Source: Thermoplasmatota archaeon (GTDB taxonomy: Archaea > Thermoplasmatota > E2 > JACPAO01 > JAHFTW01). Taken from it: DNA of 64,000 nt. The position numbers and the translations under genes were made by a program. Below the pieces are notes generated by a model, which had not been told where the DNA came from, made no database searches, and saw nothing but the letters and a program-made list of their open reading frames with translations. The stretch lies in the NCBI GenBank assembly GCA_041601615.1, contig JBFIHX010000002.1, positions 192,001-256,000 of the forward strand, read 5' to 3'. This document shows, in pieces, positions 49,256-59,496 of this stretch; the stretch's first letter is position 1; the number at the start of each line of letters is the position of its first letter.

Positions 49256-51180
49256 AGTGGCACGCAAGTAATGTCGAGGCCCTGCTGATGCGCGGCCGCG
49301 AGCGCCTTGCCCTCTGGACTCGTGGTCTTGAAGCGCAATTTGCCCTCCGCCGATGAGCGCAGTTGGCCCACGGTCGCATCCTCGATTTCGACGCGGAAGT
49401 CCCGACCGCCAAAGCCTGACCCAACCGCCAGGAAGATGTTGTTGCCGGACTTCTTGTACTCCGCGTGCACCGGACTGGAGCCGCCTTCGGAGTGCCTGTG
49501 TGCGGCCGGCGCCTTGCCGCCGCCAAGGGGCACTTTGCGTGCAGAACGACCCGGAACGTGCGCGGGTGCCTGCTCTGATTTGCTGCGAATGTCGAGGCGG
49601 ATTCCCAAGCGATCTTGGAGGGCCTGCACCGTCCGTCCGCCCTTGCCAATGACCTGCGGGACCGCCCAGTCCTCCACGAAAATGATTGCGCCATTGCCGC
49701 GCATCTCTACCTCAAGCGTGCTGCCCTTGGCGTACCGTGCCAAGGCCCGCTTGACTTCGCGTTCGGCAAGAGCCGCAGCACCCTTGGCCGGGCCGCCCGC
49801 CGTGCCGCTGCCGCCGGAGACTTGGTCCAAGGGCATGACGACAATTTGCTCGCCGTAGGTGTAGAGTTCGTACAGATCCTCGCCCGTGGACACATCGGAC
49901 ACCACGACCACGGGTCGCGCCAGGTCTTCCTGCATCATGCCAGACGGCACCTTCACGGTGAAACGAAGCTCTAGAATCGTCTCGATGCGGCCCGCGTCGA
50001 TGAACACCACAGAATCGACAATCTGCGGAATCATACCTAGGTCCACGCGTCCGATCAATCGCTGCACCGCATCGATGGCGCGGTTGGCGTGCGTGACTCC
50101 GATGAGGCCAACGCCGGCCAATCGCATGTCTGCAAACACCTTGAAATCGTTCGTCGTGCGCACCTCGTCGTAGATGACATGATCCGGGCGAACCAGCAGC
50201 ATCACTTCGCCCGTCCACGCCATGTCGCGATCCAAGGCGCCGTACTGAGTGATCTCCTTGGGCACCTGCAAATCGCGTGGCTGCTCCATGGTTTTGACTA
50301 CGCGGGACAGGCCGTGCAAGTGCTCGGCCACCGCCGCCGCAAAAGTCGACTTGCCGCTGCCGGGGGGGCCGGCCACGAATACACCGCGAGACCGGCCCTC
50401 AAGGCGTTCCAAGATCTCCTGCGGCAGCTCGTAGTCGTCGATGGTCGCCTTGAACACCGGCCGCACCGCCGTCACCTCCAACGCATCCGAGAACGGCGGC
50501 TGGGCGATGGTGATGCGCATCGGGCCAAGTTGCACGACAGTGCAGCCGTGGCGCTCGAGTTCGAGGAAGGAGTTGTAGTCGCGCTTGGCAAATTCGATGC
50601 ACTCGCGGGTCAAGGCACGAATTTCTGTGTGCGGCATGGCGCTCGTTCCCAGCGCTTCGTAGGCAACACTTCCGGGCTTGCCGCGCTTGACCATGGGAAC
50701 GCAGTCGGCCTTGAGGTGGACACTCATGGTCTCGTCGTCAAAGAACGACCAAATGCCGAGGCCCGTTAGGTCTGGGTCTTCGTCCACGATGGGTCGAATG
50801 TAGTGGTGGCGAAGGCCCTGCGCTGCCGCTGCGTGGGCTTGGACTCGGTCGCTTGTGACCAGTAGGCCACCCACGTCCACGGCCGTGTCTCGCATCAGCG
50901 CGTCGATGGCGCCCGTGGAGGCATGCTCGATTTCGTCCGAGGTTGGGCGGGTGCCAGCAAATTCCACCGTGACTTCTTCAAGTGTCGCGAGCCGATGCAG
51001 TTCGGTCAGTTCCGTGAGTCCTGCGAATCCCGTCTCCAAGCCTCGGTTTGCCTGTGCTTCCAGTTCCGCGAGGGCTGCATTGGGCACGACCACGCGAGCG
51101 CCTGGAAACTCATCCTGGACGAGGCTGGTGATGCGGCCGTCGATCAGGACAGAAGTGTCGGGGACGAGGGTCTCTGCCAC
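49252..51180 (-). CDS. PINA: PIN domain + PilT-like ATPase + KH domain
   Basis: PDTSVLIDG, GPPGSGKST, YDEVR and IGKGG. Confidence 0.9.
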   Translation of the reverse strand: MAETLVPDTSVLIDGRITSLVQDEFPGARVVVPNAALAELEAQANRGLETGFAGLTELTELHRLATLEEVTVEFAGTRPTSDEIEHASTGAIDALMRDTAVDVGGLLVTSDRVQAHAAAAQGLRHHYIRPIVDEDPDLTGLGIWSFFDDETMSVHLKADCVPMVKRGKPGSVAYEALGTSAMPHTEIRALTRECIEFAKRDYNSFLELERHGCTVVQLGPMRITIAQPPFSDALEVTAVRPVFKATIDDYELPQEILERLEGRSRGVFVAGPPGSGKSTFAAAVAEHLHGLSRVVKTMEQPRDLQVPKEITQYGALDRDMAWTGEVMLLVRPDHVIYDEVRTTNDFKVFADMRLAGVGLIGVTHANRAIDAVQRLIGRVDLGMIPQIVDSVVFIDAGRIETILELRFTVKVPSGMMQEDLARPVVVVSDVSTGEDLYELYTYGEQIVVMPLDQVSGGSGTAGGPAKGAAALAEREVKRALARYAKGSTLEVEMRGNGAIIFVEDWAVPQVIGKGGRTVQALQDRLGIRLDIRSKSEQAPAHVPGRSARKVPLGGGKAPAAHRHSEGGSSPVHAEYKKSGNNIFLAVGSGFGGRDFRVEIEDATVGQLRSSAEGKLRFKTTSPEGKALAAAHQQGLDITCVPL

Positions 51181-51241
51181 GAGGGAAGAGAAGGGATGGT
51201 GGGGGATGAAGGCGCCGGTATCCCTCGGCGCGTGGCTTGCG

Positions 51242-51490
51242 CTATGAGGCGGGGATCCAGCAGAATTCGAGGGTGCCGAACACGGTGGTGCGGGTTTCGT
51301 GGAGGATGCAGTCGGGGTCTGTGGGGTCGAGGCAGAATCGACTGCCCATGTCGACGCCGCCGGGGACGTTGACGTTCCAACAGACGGGGAATCCTGAGGC
51401 CGCTGTTTCCGTCTCCGTCTCTGCTGAGGCGGCGGGGGCCACGAGGAGGGCGGCTAGAGTTAGGCCTGCAAGCATTGCAATTGCGCGCAT
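51242..51490 (-). CDS. Small secreted Cys-containing hypothetical protein
   Basis: Signal peptide ASA-E; 4 Cys in the mature part. Confidence 0.55.
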   Translation of the reverse strand: MRAIAMLAGLTLAALLVAPAASAETETETAASGFPVCWNVNVPGGVDMGSRFCLDPTDPDCILHETRTTVFGTLEFCWIPAS

Positions 51491-51554
51491 ACACGGGACA
51501 ATCATTTGCGGTATGGAATGCCTCGCCCGAGGGGGATGAAACTACACCTGAACG

Positions 51555-52505
51555 TTATGCAAGTTCTGCAGGTGCTTGTGTCTCCGTTGTCTCGGTGCGC
51601 CTTGTTGCTTGTTTTTTGGCACCTGTGATGAGCACCACGGCCGCCACGATGAGCGCTGCCGCTGTGATGGAGCGAGTAGTCAGCGGTTCGGAGACGAGCC
51701 AGACGCCAAGCGCGAGGGCGACCACGGGGTTCACGAAGGCGTAGGTGGCGACCGCGGGGGCGGACACGTTGCGAAGAAGCCAGATGTAGGATGTGAACGC
51801 GATAACGGACCCAAACAACACGAGGTAGCCGAGCGCCAACCAGTTGCGGGCGGACACAGAGGCCCACGACAAAGGCTCGCCTTGTGCAAGCGCTCCGACG
51901 CCAAGCGCTAGGGCTCCACCCAGCATTTGGGTCCCGGCGCGCATACGGAGGCTTGCGATGGCGCTTCTTCGTGATCGAAGTGATCCGTACGCCCACGCGG
52001 CACTGCCGGCGATGATCATCAACACGAACCACGGGTCCGAGCGACCGCCCACCCAGCCCGCATCGACCGTGGATAGCAATGCAACACCCACCACTCCGAG
52101 CACCATGCCGGTGGCGACCCGCGTCGAGGGCAGGCGCCTTGCGGTGAAGGACTCCATCACCACGACCCACAGGGGAACGGTGGCCACTAGGAGCGCTGTG
52201 ATTCCTGTGGGCATCTTCGACTCAGCAACCGATACCGCGCCGTTGCCAATGGCGAGCATCATAGCCCCCACAACGAATGCCTCTGCCATGTCGGCGCGCG
52301 CTGGCCACGGCGAGCCTCGCCACCGCGCCCACGCGACCATCAAGAGGCCTGCCGCAAGAAACCGTAGGCACGCCATCAGCAGAGGCGGGATGCCTTCGAT
52401 GGCCCACAAGATAGCAATGTACGTAGAACCCCAGACTAGGTAGACGGCCGCAAAAGCCAGAAGCATGCCAACGCGGGAGAGCGCCGGGGCCGGAGCATCG
52501 GTCAA
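51555..52505 (-). CDS. EamA/DMT family transporter
   Basis: VYLVWGSTY, YLV.FGS..AF and YAFVNPVVA; about 10 TM segments. Confidence 0.9.
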   Translation of the reverse strand: MTDAPAPALSRVGMLLAFAAVYLVWGSTYIAILWAIEGIPPLLMACLRFLAAGLLMVAWARWRGSPWPARADMAEAFVVGAMMLAIGNGAVSVAESKMPTGITALLVATVPLWVVVMESFTARRLPSTRVATGMVLGVVGVALLSTVDAGWVGGRSDPWFVLMIIAGSAAWAYGSLRSRRSAIASLRMRAGTQMLGGALALGVGALAQGEPLSWASVSARNWLALGYLVLFGSVIAFTSYIWLLRNVSAPAVATYAFVNPVVALALGVWLVSEPLTTRSITAAALIVAAVVLITGAKKQATRRTETTETQAPAELA

Positions 52506-52545
52506 CGTGCCGGCAAGCCGTCGTGGCTAGATGAGCCGGACGGAA

Positions 52546-53382
52546 TCAGCCATCCGTCCCGCCGACCCCCAGCGCCTCAAGCCAGGCCTTGACGCGCTGG
52601 CGCTGCGGTCCCTTCAGCCCCTTCTTGTGGATGTACACGGGCGCTTCCTCGTCGGCTCCCGGTGTTGCTTCGATGGCCCGCCGCAGGACTTCCGGGGATT
52701 CCTCGTCCGCGTCCACGCCGTACGCTGGCAGCAAATGTCCAAAGTCCACTTCGCCCGCCAAGGCCAGGTCCGTCATGCGTGGAACATAGTGCCCCCCGCC
52801 GACTCCCGCTCGAATCGGACCTTCGATGAATCCTTCGCCATCAAGCACGTCCGTCACGGCCCCGGCAAGCGCCTCGCCCGACGGAACGTCCTCGTACCAC
52901 GTCTCGTCGCTGCCGATCTCCACGAACAGGCTCGGGAGGGCCATGTGGGGGCCGTGGTGGGTCGCCTCGTAGGTGACGCCGTGCGGAAGCCCGCGCCGGT
53001 CGCGATGCACCCGGAGCCGCCGAAGAAGCGCCCCCATGTCGCGGGGAGCCGCCGGAGACAACGTCCGGGGCCGGCCTCCAAATTCGGCGTCCTGGTGGTT
53101 GCCGATGGGGTGTACCGTCAGGCTCGGTTGACCGCTTGCCGCCCGGTGTCGGCTGAGAAACCACACCGCCGAGATCGGCCACGCGAGTGCTTCCAGGTCC
53201 CCGGATAATTCTTCGTCAAGGATCGTCGGCCCGTCCACCTCCACCAGCATGTCGTAGCCGCGCTGGTGCATCGGGTGGCCTCGAAACGTGCTTGCTGTGT
53301 CCACCCAATCGCCCGTCTCCAAGAGCCGGTCGCGGATGTTGACGCTGGCACTGTCGCTGCGGTTGACCACGAGGACGCGCAC
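52546..53382 (-). CDS. dtdA: Archaeal D-aminoacyl-tRNA deacylase (DTD2)
   Basis: FLSRH, LTVHP.GN, EATHHGP, FVEIGS and GGGHY. Confidence 0.92.
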   Translation of the reverse strand: MRVLVVNRSDSASVNIRDRLLETGDWVDTASTFRGHPMHQRGYDMLVEVDGPTILDEELSGDLEALAWPISAVWFLSRHRAASGQPSLTVHPIGNHQDAEFGGRPRTLSPAAPRDMGALLRRLRVHRDRRGLPHGVTYEATHHGPHMALPSLFVEIGSDETWYEDVPSGEALAGAVTDVLDGEGFIEGPIRAGVGGGHYVPRMTDLALAGEVDFGHLLPAYGVDADEESPEVLRRAIEATPGADEEAPVYIHKKGLKGPQRQRVKAWLEALGVGGTDG

Positions 53383-53452
53383 GAAGCGGACAGGAATGGG
53401 CGCGTTGATGGCGCTTGCGACCGGAGCAGGCTCCGAGTTTGCCTACCGTCGC

Positions 53453-54724
53453 TTACTGTCGCACAATGGTCTGTGCCCGGCCTGGGCCGATGCCGACGAG
53501 TTTGATCTTGGCGCCAGTCTTCTCGCGGATGAATTGCAAGTACGTTCGCGCTTCCGCCGGAAGGCCCTGCCAGGTGCCGTCGCCCATGGCGCTCCAGCCC
53601 TTGAAGGACTCGTAGATGGGGCGCGCCGCCGCAAACAAGTCCGGGTCGCTGGGGATGCGGTCGGTCTTGGTGCCATCGGGCAACTCGTACTGGGTGCAGA
53701 CGAGCACTTCGTCGAGGCCCGCCATGACATCCATCTTCGTGACTGCGACGTGGGTGATGCCGCACAAGCGCACGGCGTGGTTGACGACGACGAGGTCGAG
53801 CCAGCCGCAGCGACGGGCGCGGCCGGTGGTGGTGCCCACTTCGTGCCCGACTTGTGCTAGGTGTTCGCCGATGCCCTTGTCGGTGGGCAGTTCGGTAGGG
53901 AACGGGCCGGCGCCGACGCGAGTGGTGTACGCCTTGACGACGCCAATCACGTCGCCGATGTCGCGGGGGGCGAGCCCGCTGCCGGTGCACATGCCGCCGC
54001 CGCTGACGCTGCTGCTGGTGACATAGGGGAAGGTGCCGTGGTCGATGTCGAGCATGACGCCCTGGGCGCCTTCCAGCAGGATGCCGTCGCCGTCGTGGAC
54101 TGCTTCTTGCAGCAGCGCCACGGTGTCGGTGATGAAGGGGCGCAGCACTTCGGCAGCACTCATCAAATCACTGACGATGTCTTCGGCGTTGAGTTTGTCG
54201 CGGCGACCGTAGGCCTTCAGAACTGCTTGCTTGACGGCTACGTTTTCTTCGACGCGGGCAGCTAGGCGCTCAGGGTGCAGAAGGTCCCCGGCGCGGATGC
54301 CGGCGCGGCTTGCCTTGTCTTGGTACGCGGGGCCGATGCCGCGGCCGGTTGTGCCCACTGCGTTGCCGCCTCGGAACGCTTCTTCGGCGCCGTCCAGGAG
54401 CTTGTGGTAGGGCATGATGAGGTGGGCGCAGTCGCTGAGGTGCAATTCGAATTCGACGCCGCGGGCGCGCAGCCGCTCGACTTCTTCGACCAGGACCATG
54501 GGGTCCACGACGCAGCCGTTGCCGATGACGCCGGTTTTGCCACTGACGCACCCGCTGGGCAGAAGATGGAGCTTGAACACTTCCTCCCCGACCACGATGG
54601 TGTGCCCTGCGTTGTTGCCTCCCTGGAAACGCACCACGAACTTGGCGCGCTCTGCGAGGTAGTCGACAATCTTGCCCTTGCCTTCGTCTCCCCACTGGGT
54701 CCCAACGACGGCGCTGACAGCCAT
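53453..54724 (-). CDS. purA: Adenylosuccinate synthetase (long form)
   Basis: QWGDEGKGK, GG.NAGHT, EGAQG and GTTTGR.RRCGW.D. Confidence 0.97.
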   Translation of the reverse strand: MAVSAVVGTQWGDEGKGKIVDYLAERAKFVVRFQGGNNAGHTIVVGEEVFKLHLLPSGCVSGKTGVIGNGCVVDPMVLVEEVERLRARGVEFELHLSDCAHLIMPYHKLLDGAEEAFRGGNAVGTTGRGIGPAYQDKASRAGIRAGDLLHPERLAARVEENVAVKQAVLKAYGRRDKLNAEDIVSDLMSAAEVLRPFITDTVALLQEAVHDGDGILLEGAQGVMLDIDHGTFPYVTSSSVSGGGMCTGSGLAPRDIGDVIGVVKAYTTRVGAGPFPTELPTDKGIGEHLAQVGHEVGTTTGRARRCGWLDLVVVNHAVRLCGITHVAVTKMDVMAGLDEVLVCTQYELPDGTKTDRIPSDPDLFAAARPIYESFKGWSAMGDGTWQGLPAEARTYLQFIREKTGAKIKLVGIGPGRAQTIVRQ

Positions 54725-54807
54725 GCGGCGGCCACTCGGGCCCTGTATTTGAGGGCGAGGGCCAAGGCCGGTGCGACGGGTGGGCAGATCGCAGCGTCGA
54801 AGGGAAT

Positions 54808-55527
54808 TCAGGGACTCATCGGCCCGCGAACGGTGATTTCCTTGATGTCGCTGGTTTGCGGTTGCTCGATCATCGAAAGGACCGCGTGTGCCACGTCTTC
54901 GGGCTGGAGGGCTCCCTTGAAGCTCCGCTCGCCGGCTTCTTGGTCAAAGAAGTGGGTCTCGGTGTAGCCAGGCGAAACGAGTCCGACTTTGATGTTCTCG
55001 CGGGCCACTTCGTGCCGAACACTTTCGGTCATGCCGCGCACGGCGAACTTGGTGGCGGCGTAGAGGCTCCAGTCGGCGCGCCCGAAGTAGCTGAGCCCGC
55101 TGCCAATGGTGACGATTTGGCCTCGCTTGCGTCGGCGCATGATCTTTACGGCGGCTTGGGTCAGCATGTAGGGAGCACGGACGTTGACGGCCATGGTGTG
55201 GTCGAATTCTTCGTCGCTCACCTCGGTGATTGGTTTGACGGAGCCGATGCCGGCGTTGTTGACGAGGATGTCGAAGCCATCGCATTCGCGAACGCTTGTC
55301 ATGACGATGCGGTCGAGGTCCTTGTAGTCAGCTACGTCCGCCGCGATGGTGAGAACGTGCGGGCTGCCGGCGGCGCGACAGGTCTCTGCGGTGGCTTCCA
55401 GAGCCTCTTCGCCTCGGGCTACGAGAATCAAGCGGGCGCCGCGAGTGGCGAGTGCGAGGCTGATGGCGCGGCCGATGCCTTTGCTGGCGCCGGTGACGAG
55501 GGCGATTCGGCCTTGGAGGCTGGACAT
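54808..55527 (-). CDS. SDR family oxidoreductase
   Basis: TGASKGIG, NNAG and YAATK. Confidence 0.92.
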   Translation of the reverse strand: MSSLQGRIALVTGASKGIGRAISLALATRGARLILVARGEEALEATAETCRAAGSPHVLTIAADVADYKDLDRIVMTSVRECDGFDILVNNAGIGSVKPITEVSDEEFDHTMAVNVRAPYMLTQAAVKIMRRRKRGQIVTIGSGLSYFGRADWSLYAATKFAVRGMTESVRHEVARENIKVGLVSPGYTETHFFDQEAGERSFKGALQPEDVAHAVLSMIEQPQTSDIKEITVRGPMSP

Positions 55528-55538
55528 GTTTTGGTCTC

Positions 55539-56021
55539 CTAGCCAGCGTAGTGAAGCCCGGCGCTTTCGTGGCTCATCGCCTTGGCATCCGAATCAAACA
55601 CGTGTGCCTCGGTGACTTCGAACAAACACGGCGCGTGGTCACCGCCTTCGAGTTCGGCCACGAATTTCAGTTCAAGGGCGGCGGGGAGCGCGGGAAGAAG
55701 CGGGCAGCCATTGTCGCCGACTTGGACATCGAGGCCGCCGGCTTTGCCGTCTTCCACGTCGACGTGCTTGAAGAACGCCTTCATGGTATCCTTGTCGTCG
55801 GCGCCTAGGAGATTGAGCGCCAGTACGCCCGTCTCCTTTGCGGCGGCATACGCGGAGCCTTCACGGTGGAGGCCGAGCACGACGCGGGGTGGATCAAAGC
55901 TGGTTTGGGTGAACCAGCTGACGAGGTTGATGCCGGTGCTGCCGTCGGTGCGCTTGAAGCCTGCAAGGTACAAGCCGTAGGGGACCAATCGGAGGGCGTG
56001 TTTCTTGGCTGCCGCGTCCAT
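55539..56021 (-). CDS. Flavin reductase-like FMN-binding protein
   Basis: SW.TQ.SF.PP and GDH motifs. Confidence 0.85.
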   Translation of the reverse strand: MDAAAKKHALRLVPYGLYLAGFKRTDGSTGINLVSWFTQTSFDPPRVVLGLHREGSAYAAAKETGVLALNLLGADDKDTMKAFFKHVDVEDGKAGGLDVQVGDNGCPLLPALPAALELKFVAELEGGDHAPCLFEVTEAHVFDSDAKAMSHESAGLHYAG

Positions 56022-56045
56022 GGGCGCCGCACTGGCAGGGGCCTC

Positions 56046-56777
56046 TTAGAAGAAACCCACCGCAATGGCCGTGACGACGACTGCTGGCACAAGGCTTGCA
56101 AGGAAATTGACGCTCTCTTTGCCAAGCGGCCGGTCGGGGTGGATGGCGTCGCGCTCCAGGGTCGCGCCAAGCACACTGTCCAATTGGCACCCCAGCCATC
56201 CAGCGAGTGCCGGAATCCACGCCAAGCGCAACGGGAGCCCCAAGAGCGGTACGGCAGCAAGTGCAATCACTCCGGCGCCAAGCACGGCTGAAAATTGACC
56301 CACCCAACTGACGCAACCGTTTTCGCCAGGGGGCCGAAGGTCGAACGGCGGCACAATGCGGCGAGCGCCTCGTCCAAGCGCCCCTAGTTCGCTTGCCATG
56401 GTGTCGGCGGTCACGGCGGCCACGGCGCTGGCAAAAGCGAGTGCGGCGACTTCCGGAGCCACAAAGTGAATGCTGAGGGCTGCCAGAAGAGCGGCGGTTC
56501 CGTTGGCCAGCACATTCGGCACCCCGCGCTCCCCGTCGCGCTCCTCTGCGGCGCCGCGCGCGGCCTTGCGGCGCTTGCCCACGACTGTTACCGTGGCACC
56601 GAGGGCACTGAACAATGACATGAGCACGAGCCAGCCGAGGCCTGCGGACAAGGCAACCACGAGGCCCACAAGAAATGCCATGGCGGCGCCCGGAGCGTCG
56701 AGGGCGCGCAGCGACCAAGCAAGCAGACTCAACCCGCCAAGGGTCAAGAGGAGCACGAGGAGCCACCAGGGGCTCAT
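56046..56777 (-). CDS. DUF92 (TMEM19-like) membrane protein
   Basis: R...NVLANG, ADT.ASELG, G.NG.VS and DS.LGA.LE. Confidence 0.88.
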   Translation of the reverse strand: MSPWWLLVLLLTLGGLSLLAWSLRALDAPGAAMAFLVGLVVALSAGLGWLVLMSLFSALGATVTVVGKRRKAARGAAEERDGERGVPNVLANGTAALLAALSIHFVAPEVAALAFASAVAAVTADTMASELGALGRGARRIVPPFDLRPPGENGCVSWVGQFSAVLGAGVIALAAVPLLGLPLRLAWIPALAGWLGCQLDSVLGATLERDAIHPDRPLGKESVNFLASLVPAVVVTAIAVGFF

Positions 56778-56778
56778 G

Positions 56779-57195
56779 CTACCACGCGAAGTACGGTTCG
56801 TGGACGGATTCCGCCGCCACGACCACAAGGGTCCGTGCCGGGTCGTCCGGGTGGACACCAAGGTACACGACGCGGCCGTCGATGACGCGGTCGTCACCGG
56901 GAGTCGCTTGGGAATCCTGAATGCCTGTGACGAGCACCATGGGCTCTTCCACATCCAGCAGGAACGTCCTGTTGTCCAGCGTCGCGAGCACTGCTTGCCA
57001 GGATGCAAGAGTTGGGGCTTCGAACGCAAGAAGGTCGCCCTTCAAACGCACTTCCTCGCCGGCGGCATCGATGGAATGGAGATCCTCGACTGTGCCGAAC
57101 TCACCGTCATGGCGCAGGAGAACGCCCAATGCGCCCGCACTGGCAAGCAACGCCAGAGACAACGCTAGGATGAACGGATTCCGTACCCGAGTCAC
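56779..57195 (-). CDS. Hypothetical membrane-anchored protein
   Basis: N-terminal TM; stop abuts the DUF92 start; start uncertain. Confidence 0.55.
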   Translation of the reverse strand: MTRVRNPFILALSLALLASAGALGVLLRHDGEFGTVEDLHSIDAAGEEVRLKGDLLAFEAPTLASWQAVLATLDNRTFLLDVEEPMVLVTGIQDSQATPGDDRVIDGRVVYLGVHPDDPARTLVVVAAESVHEPYFAW

Positions 57196-57229
57196 GCACA
57201 CACCCGAAATGGAAGAGAAGGTTTGGGGC

Positions 57230-57910
57230 TTAAGCCTGACTCTCGTCGGATTCCGTGGCTTCTGCCCCGGTTTCCGCCGCGTCGGTGGCTTCGACGTCAT
57301 CGGTTTCGATGACTTCGACAGGTTCGTCGGAGGTGCCGGCGCCCTTCATCTTCTGGCCGTGGGCTTCCTCGGCCACGTGGATCATTTCCTCGACACTGCG
57401 CTCATCGTGGGACACGACGTCGTAGTGGCAGGGCATGGCGATCTTGTTGCTGACCTTGCGCATCGCTTCCTTGGCATGCTCGATGCCGCGTGCGTAGGTG
57501 TGGATGGTGACGATTTCTTGGCCGGCGGCGATGCGGGCGGCGGTGCCGATCGGCTTACCGAATGCGAGGCGCATACCCATGGACACACGGTCAGCACCGG
57601 CACCACTGGCCTGCTTGTTTTGGCGCAGGACGTGGTGGGGGTAGCAGCGGATGTGCAAGTGGTAGTTGTCGCGGCCGAGGTTCTTGTCCAGGTAGCGAAC
57701 GGCGGTGATACGCATCGCTTCAAGGGCAGTGTGGCGGATCTGGCCGCGTTCTTCGGGAACGAGGTGGATGGACACCGGGAAGTCGTGCTTCTGCTTGTTT
57801 CCGGAGTGGAAATGAAGGATGCGCAGACCGGGGACACCGCCCATGTAGGTTCGGCGCGTGTAGGGGCGCTGCGTGATCTTGCGGTACATCCTTGCTGGTA
57901 CGCGTGCCAT
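57230..57910 (-). CDS. rpl10e: 50S ribosomal protein uL16 (L10e, archaeal type) with acidic tail
   Basis: Y.GGVP, QIRH.ALEA.R and GAGADR.S.GMR.AFGKP.G.AAR. Confidence 0.95.
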   Translation of the reverse strand: MARVPARMYRKITQRPYTRRTYMGGVPGLRILHFHSGNKQKHDFPVSIHLVPEERGQIRHTALEAMRITAVRYLDKNLGRDNYHLHIRCYPHHVLRQNKQASGAGADRVSMGMRLAFGKPIGTAARIAAGQEIVTIHTYARGIEHAKEAMRKVSNKIAMPCHYDVVSHDERSVEEMIHVAEEAHGQKMKGAGTSDEPVEVIETDDVEATDAAETGAEATESDESQA

Positions 57911-58043
57911 GGGAGTTCCTCTGAAGTAGGCCGGCCGACATGGGCTCAGTATATCATATTTGCCTGGGTGGACTCGGAGACGAATCTGAGCGTGCGTGCG
58001 TCCATTCGGAGCCATTTCAAGGGGGCGTTGACTGCCAGCGGCC

Positions 58044-58544
58044 ATGGTCGAACTGTTGCAGGTGCTTCGTGCGCTGCACATCCTGTCCGCGATAGCTTGG
58101 GCGGGCGGGGCGGTGTATTCTACTTCTGTGATCCAATCGGCGGTGCGTGCCGGTGGCGTCGGGGCCAAGTTGGAGGCGGCGTTCTATGCGTCGGGGCGCC
58201 ACAGCGTCTTCATGGCGGTGTCGAGCGTTGCGACCATCCTGTTTGGCGGCGCTGTGATGGGCCTTGGCGATTACAGCACCGAGGCAATTGGCTTTGGGGC
58301 GATGGTGATGGGCATGAGCATGACGCTGGCGCTAGGCGCCTTTGGGGTTGGTGTCTTTGGCCACGCTCCCACGGAAAAGAAGCTCAAGCCACTGGCAGGT
58401 AAGTTCTTGGACGGTTCCCTCGAAGCGCCCTCGGAAGGAGAGTACCGGTCGCTCGTGGCCCGCAACCACAAGTTTACCCGGGCGTCCATGGCGCTCATCG
58501 GCTTTGCCATGCTGGGAATGCTGACGTTCCGGATGTTCCTATGA
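58044..58544 (+). CDS. Four-TM membrane protein (DUF2269-like)
   Basis: LH.L.AI.W.G N-terminus; four hydrophobic helices. Confidence 0.7.
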   Translation: MVELLQVLRALHILSAIAWAGGAVYSTSVIQSAVRAGGVGAKLEAAFYASGRHSVFMAVSSVATILFGGAVMGLGDYSTEAIGFGAMVMGMSMTLALGAFGVGVFGHAPTEKKLKPLAGKFLDGSLEAPSEGEYRSLVARNHKFTRASMALIGFAMLGMLTFRMFL

Positions 58545-59155
58545 AAGCGGGAGACTTGTTCGATGACTGGGCCCGCAAGGGTCGCGCCGAGGGCATGGAA
58601 AAGGGCCATGGACAAACCGCGGCCCCCCTGTTGCACGCGCTCCCCATTGCGGCCGGCTCGCGGTTCTTGGATCTAGGCTGCGGCAACGGCTGGGCGGCCC
58701 GCTGGGCCCGCGATCAAGGTGCAGAGGTCTGCGGCATCGATGCAAGTGCCGAGATGGTCGAGCGTGCGGCAAGTGCGGCGCCCGAGGGAGACTTTCGGCA
58801 AGGGGACTTTGCAGCACTTCCGTGGCGGGCGGGCTCTTTTGCCACGGTTTGGAGCATGGAAGCCGTGTACTACGCGCCGGATCCCGACGCGGTCCTTGGC
58901 GAAGTTTCTCGCGTGCTTGCTCCTGGCGGCGCGTTCCACATGCTCATCGATTTCTACGGCGAGAACCCCGATAGCCACTCTTGGCCAACAGATGTAGGTG
59001 TTTCCATGGCGCTGCGCTCCGAGGCCGAATGGGTCGCCGCGTTCGAGGCGGCAGGGCTCGTGGACGTTCGCGCCGAGCGACTGCGTGCCACCGACCCCGA
59101 CGCCGAGGCGTGGAAGCGGGAGCAAGGCACCTTGTACGTTACCGGCTCCCGCTGA
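58541..59155 (+). CDS. Class I SAM-dependent methyltransferase
   Basis: LDLGCGNG, GIDAS..M and RVL.PGG. Confidence 0.9.
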   Translation: MKAGDLFDDWARKGRAEGMEKGHGQTAAPLLHALPIAAGSRFLDLGCGNGWAARWARDQGAEVCGIDASAEMVERAASAAPEGDFRQGDFAALPWRAGSFATVWSMEAVYYAPDPDAVLGEVSRVLAPGGAFHMLIDFYGENPDSHSWPTDVGVSMALRSEAEWVAAFEAAGLVDVRAERLRATDPDAEAWKREQGTLYVTGSR

Positions 59156-59200
59156 TCCGCAAGGCGGCACTCCAAAATCCTCCATTCTCTTTCCTCCCCT

Positions 59201-59344
59201 GTGCGTAAGCGGCAGCCTCACAACAACAAGGCCACCAAGGCCGCTCAGCGCATTGACTACACCGTCGGCGATGAGGACCAAAAACCGAAGGCGCGGCCGA
59301 AGGGCAGGTCTATCGGAGGCCCTTGGATTCGGAAGAAGAAATAA
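59201..59344 (+). CDS. Putative 47-aa basic small protein
   Basis: GTG..TAA ORF MRKRQPHNNKATKAAQRIDYTVGDEDQKPKARPKGRSIGGPWIRKKK with host-like codons; below the ORF-track cut-off. Confidence 0.35.
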   Translation: MRKRQPHNNKATKAAQRIDYTVGDEDQKPKARPKGRSIGGPWIRKKK

Positions 59345-59414
59345 GCGCGCGCTAGGCTTCGAATTTTGAATCACAGGTGCGCCCCGGTGGGCGGGGCATC
59401 AGATGTGGGGTAGT

Positions 59415-59496
59415 GGCTAACGACTCGAACTGACCAGCCGCTCGCGGAGCAAGCCTGCGAGCACAGCGAGTAGTCGGGTTGAGTGACTTGTTAGCG
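59415..59496 (-). other. Integron attC recombination site
   Basis: Minus strand: R'' CGCTAAC, 5 nt, L'' ACTCAACC, palindromic core, L' GGTCAGT, 7 nt, R' GTTAGCC; extra base in L''. Confidence 0.8.
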
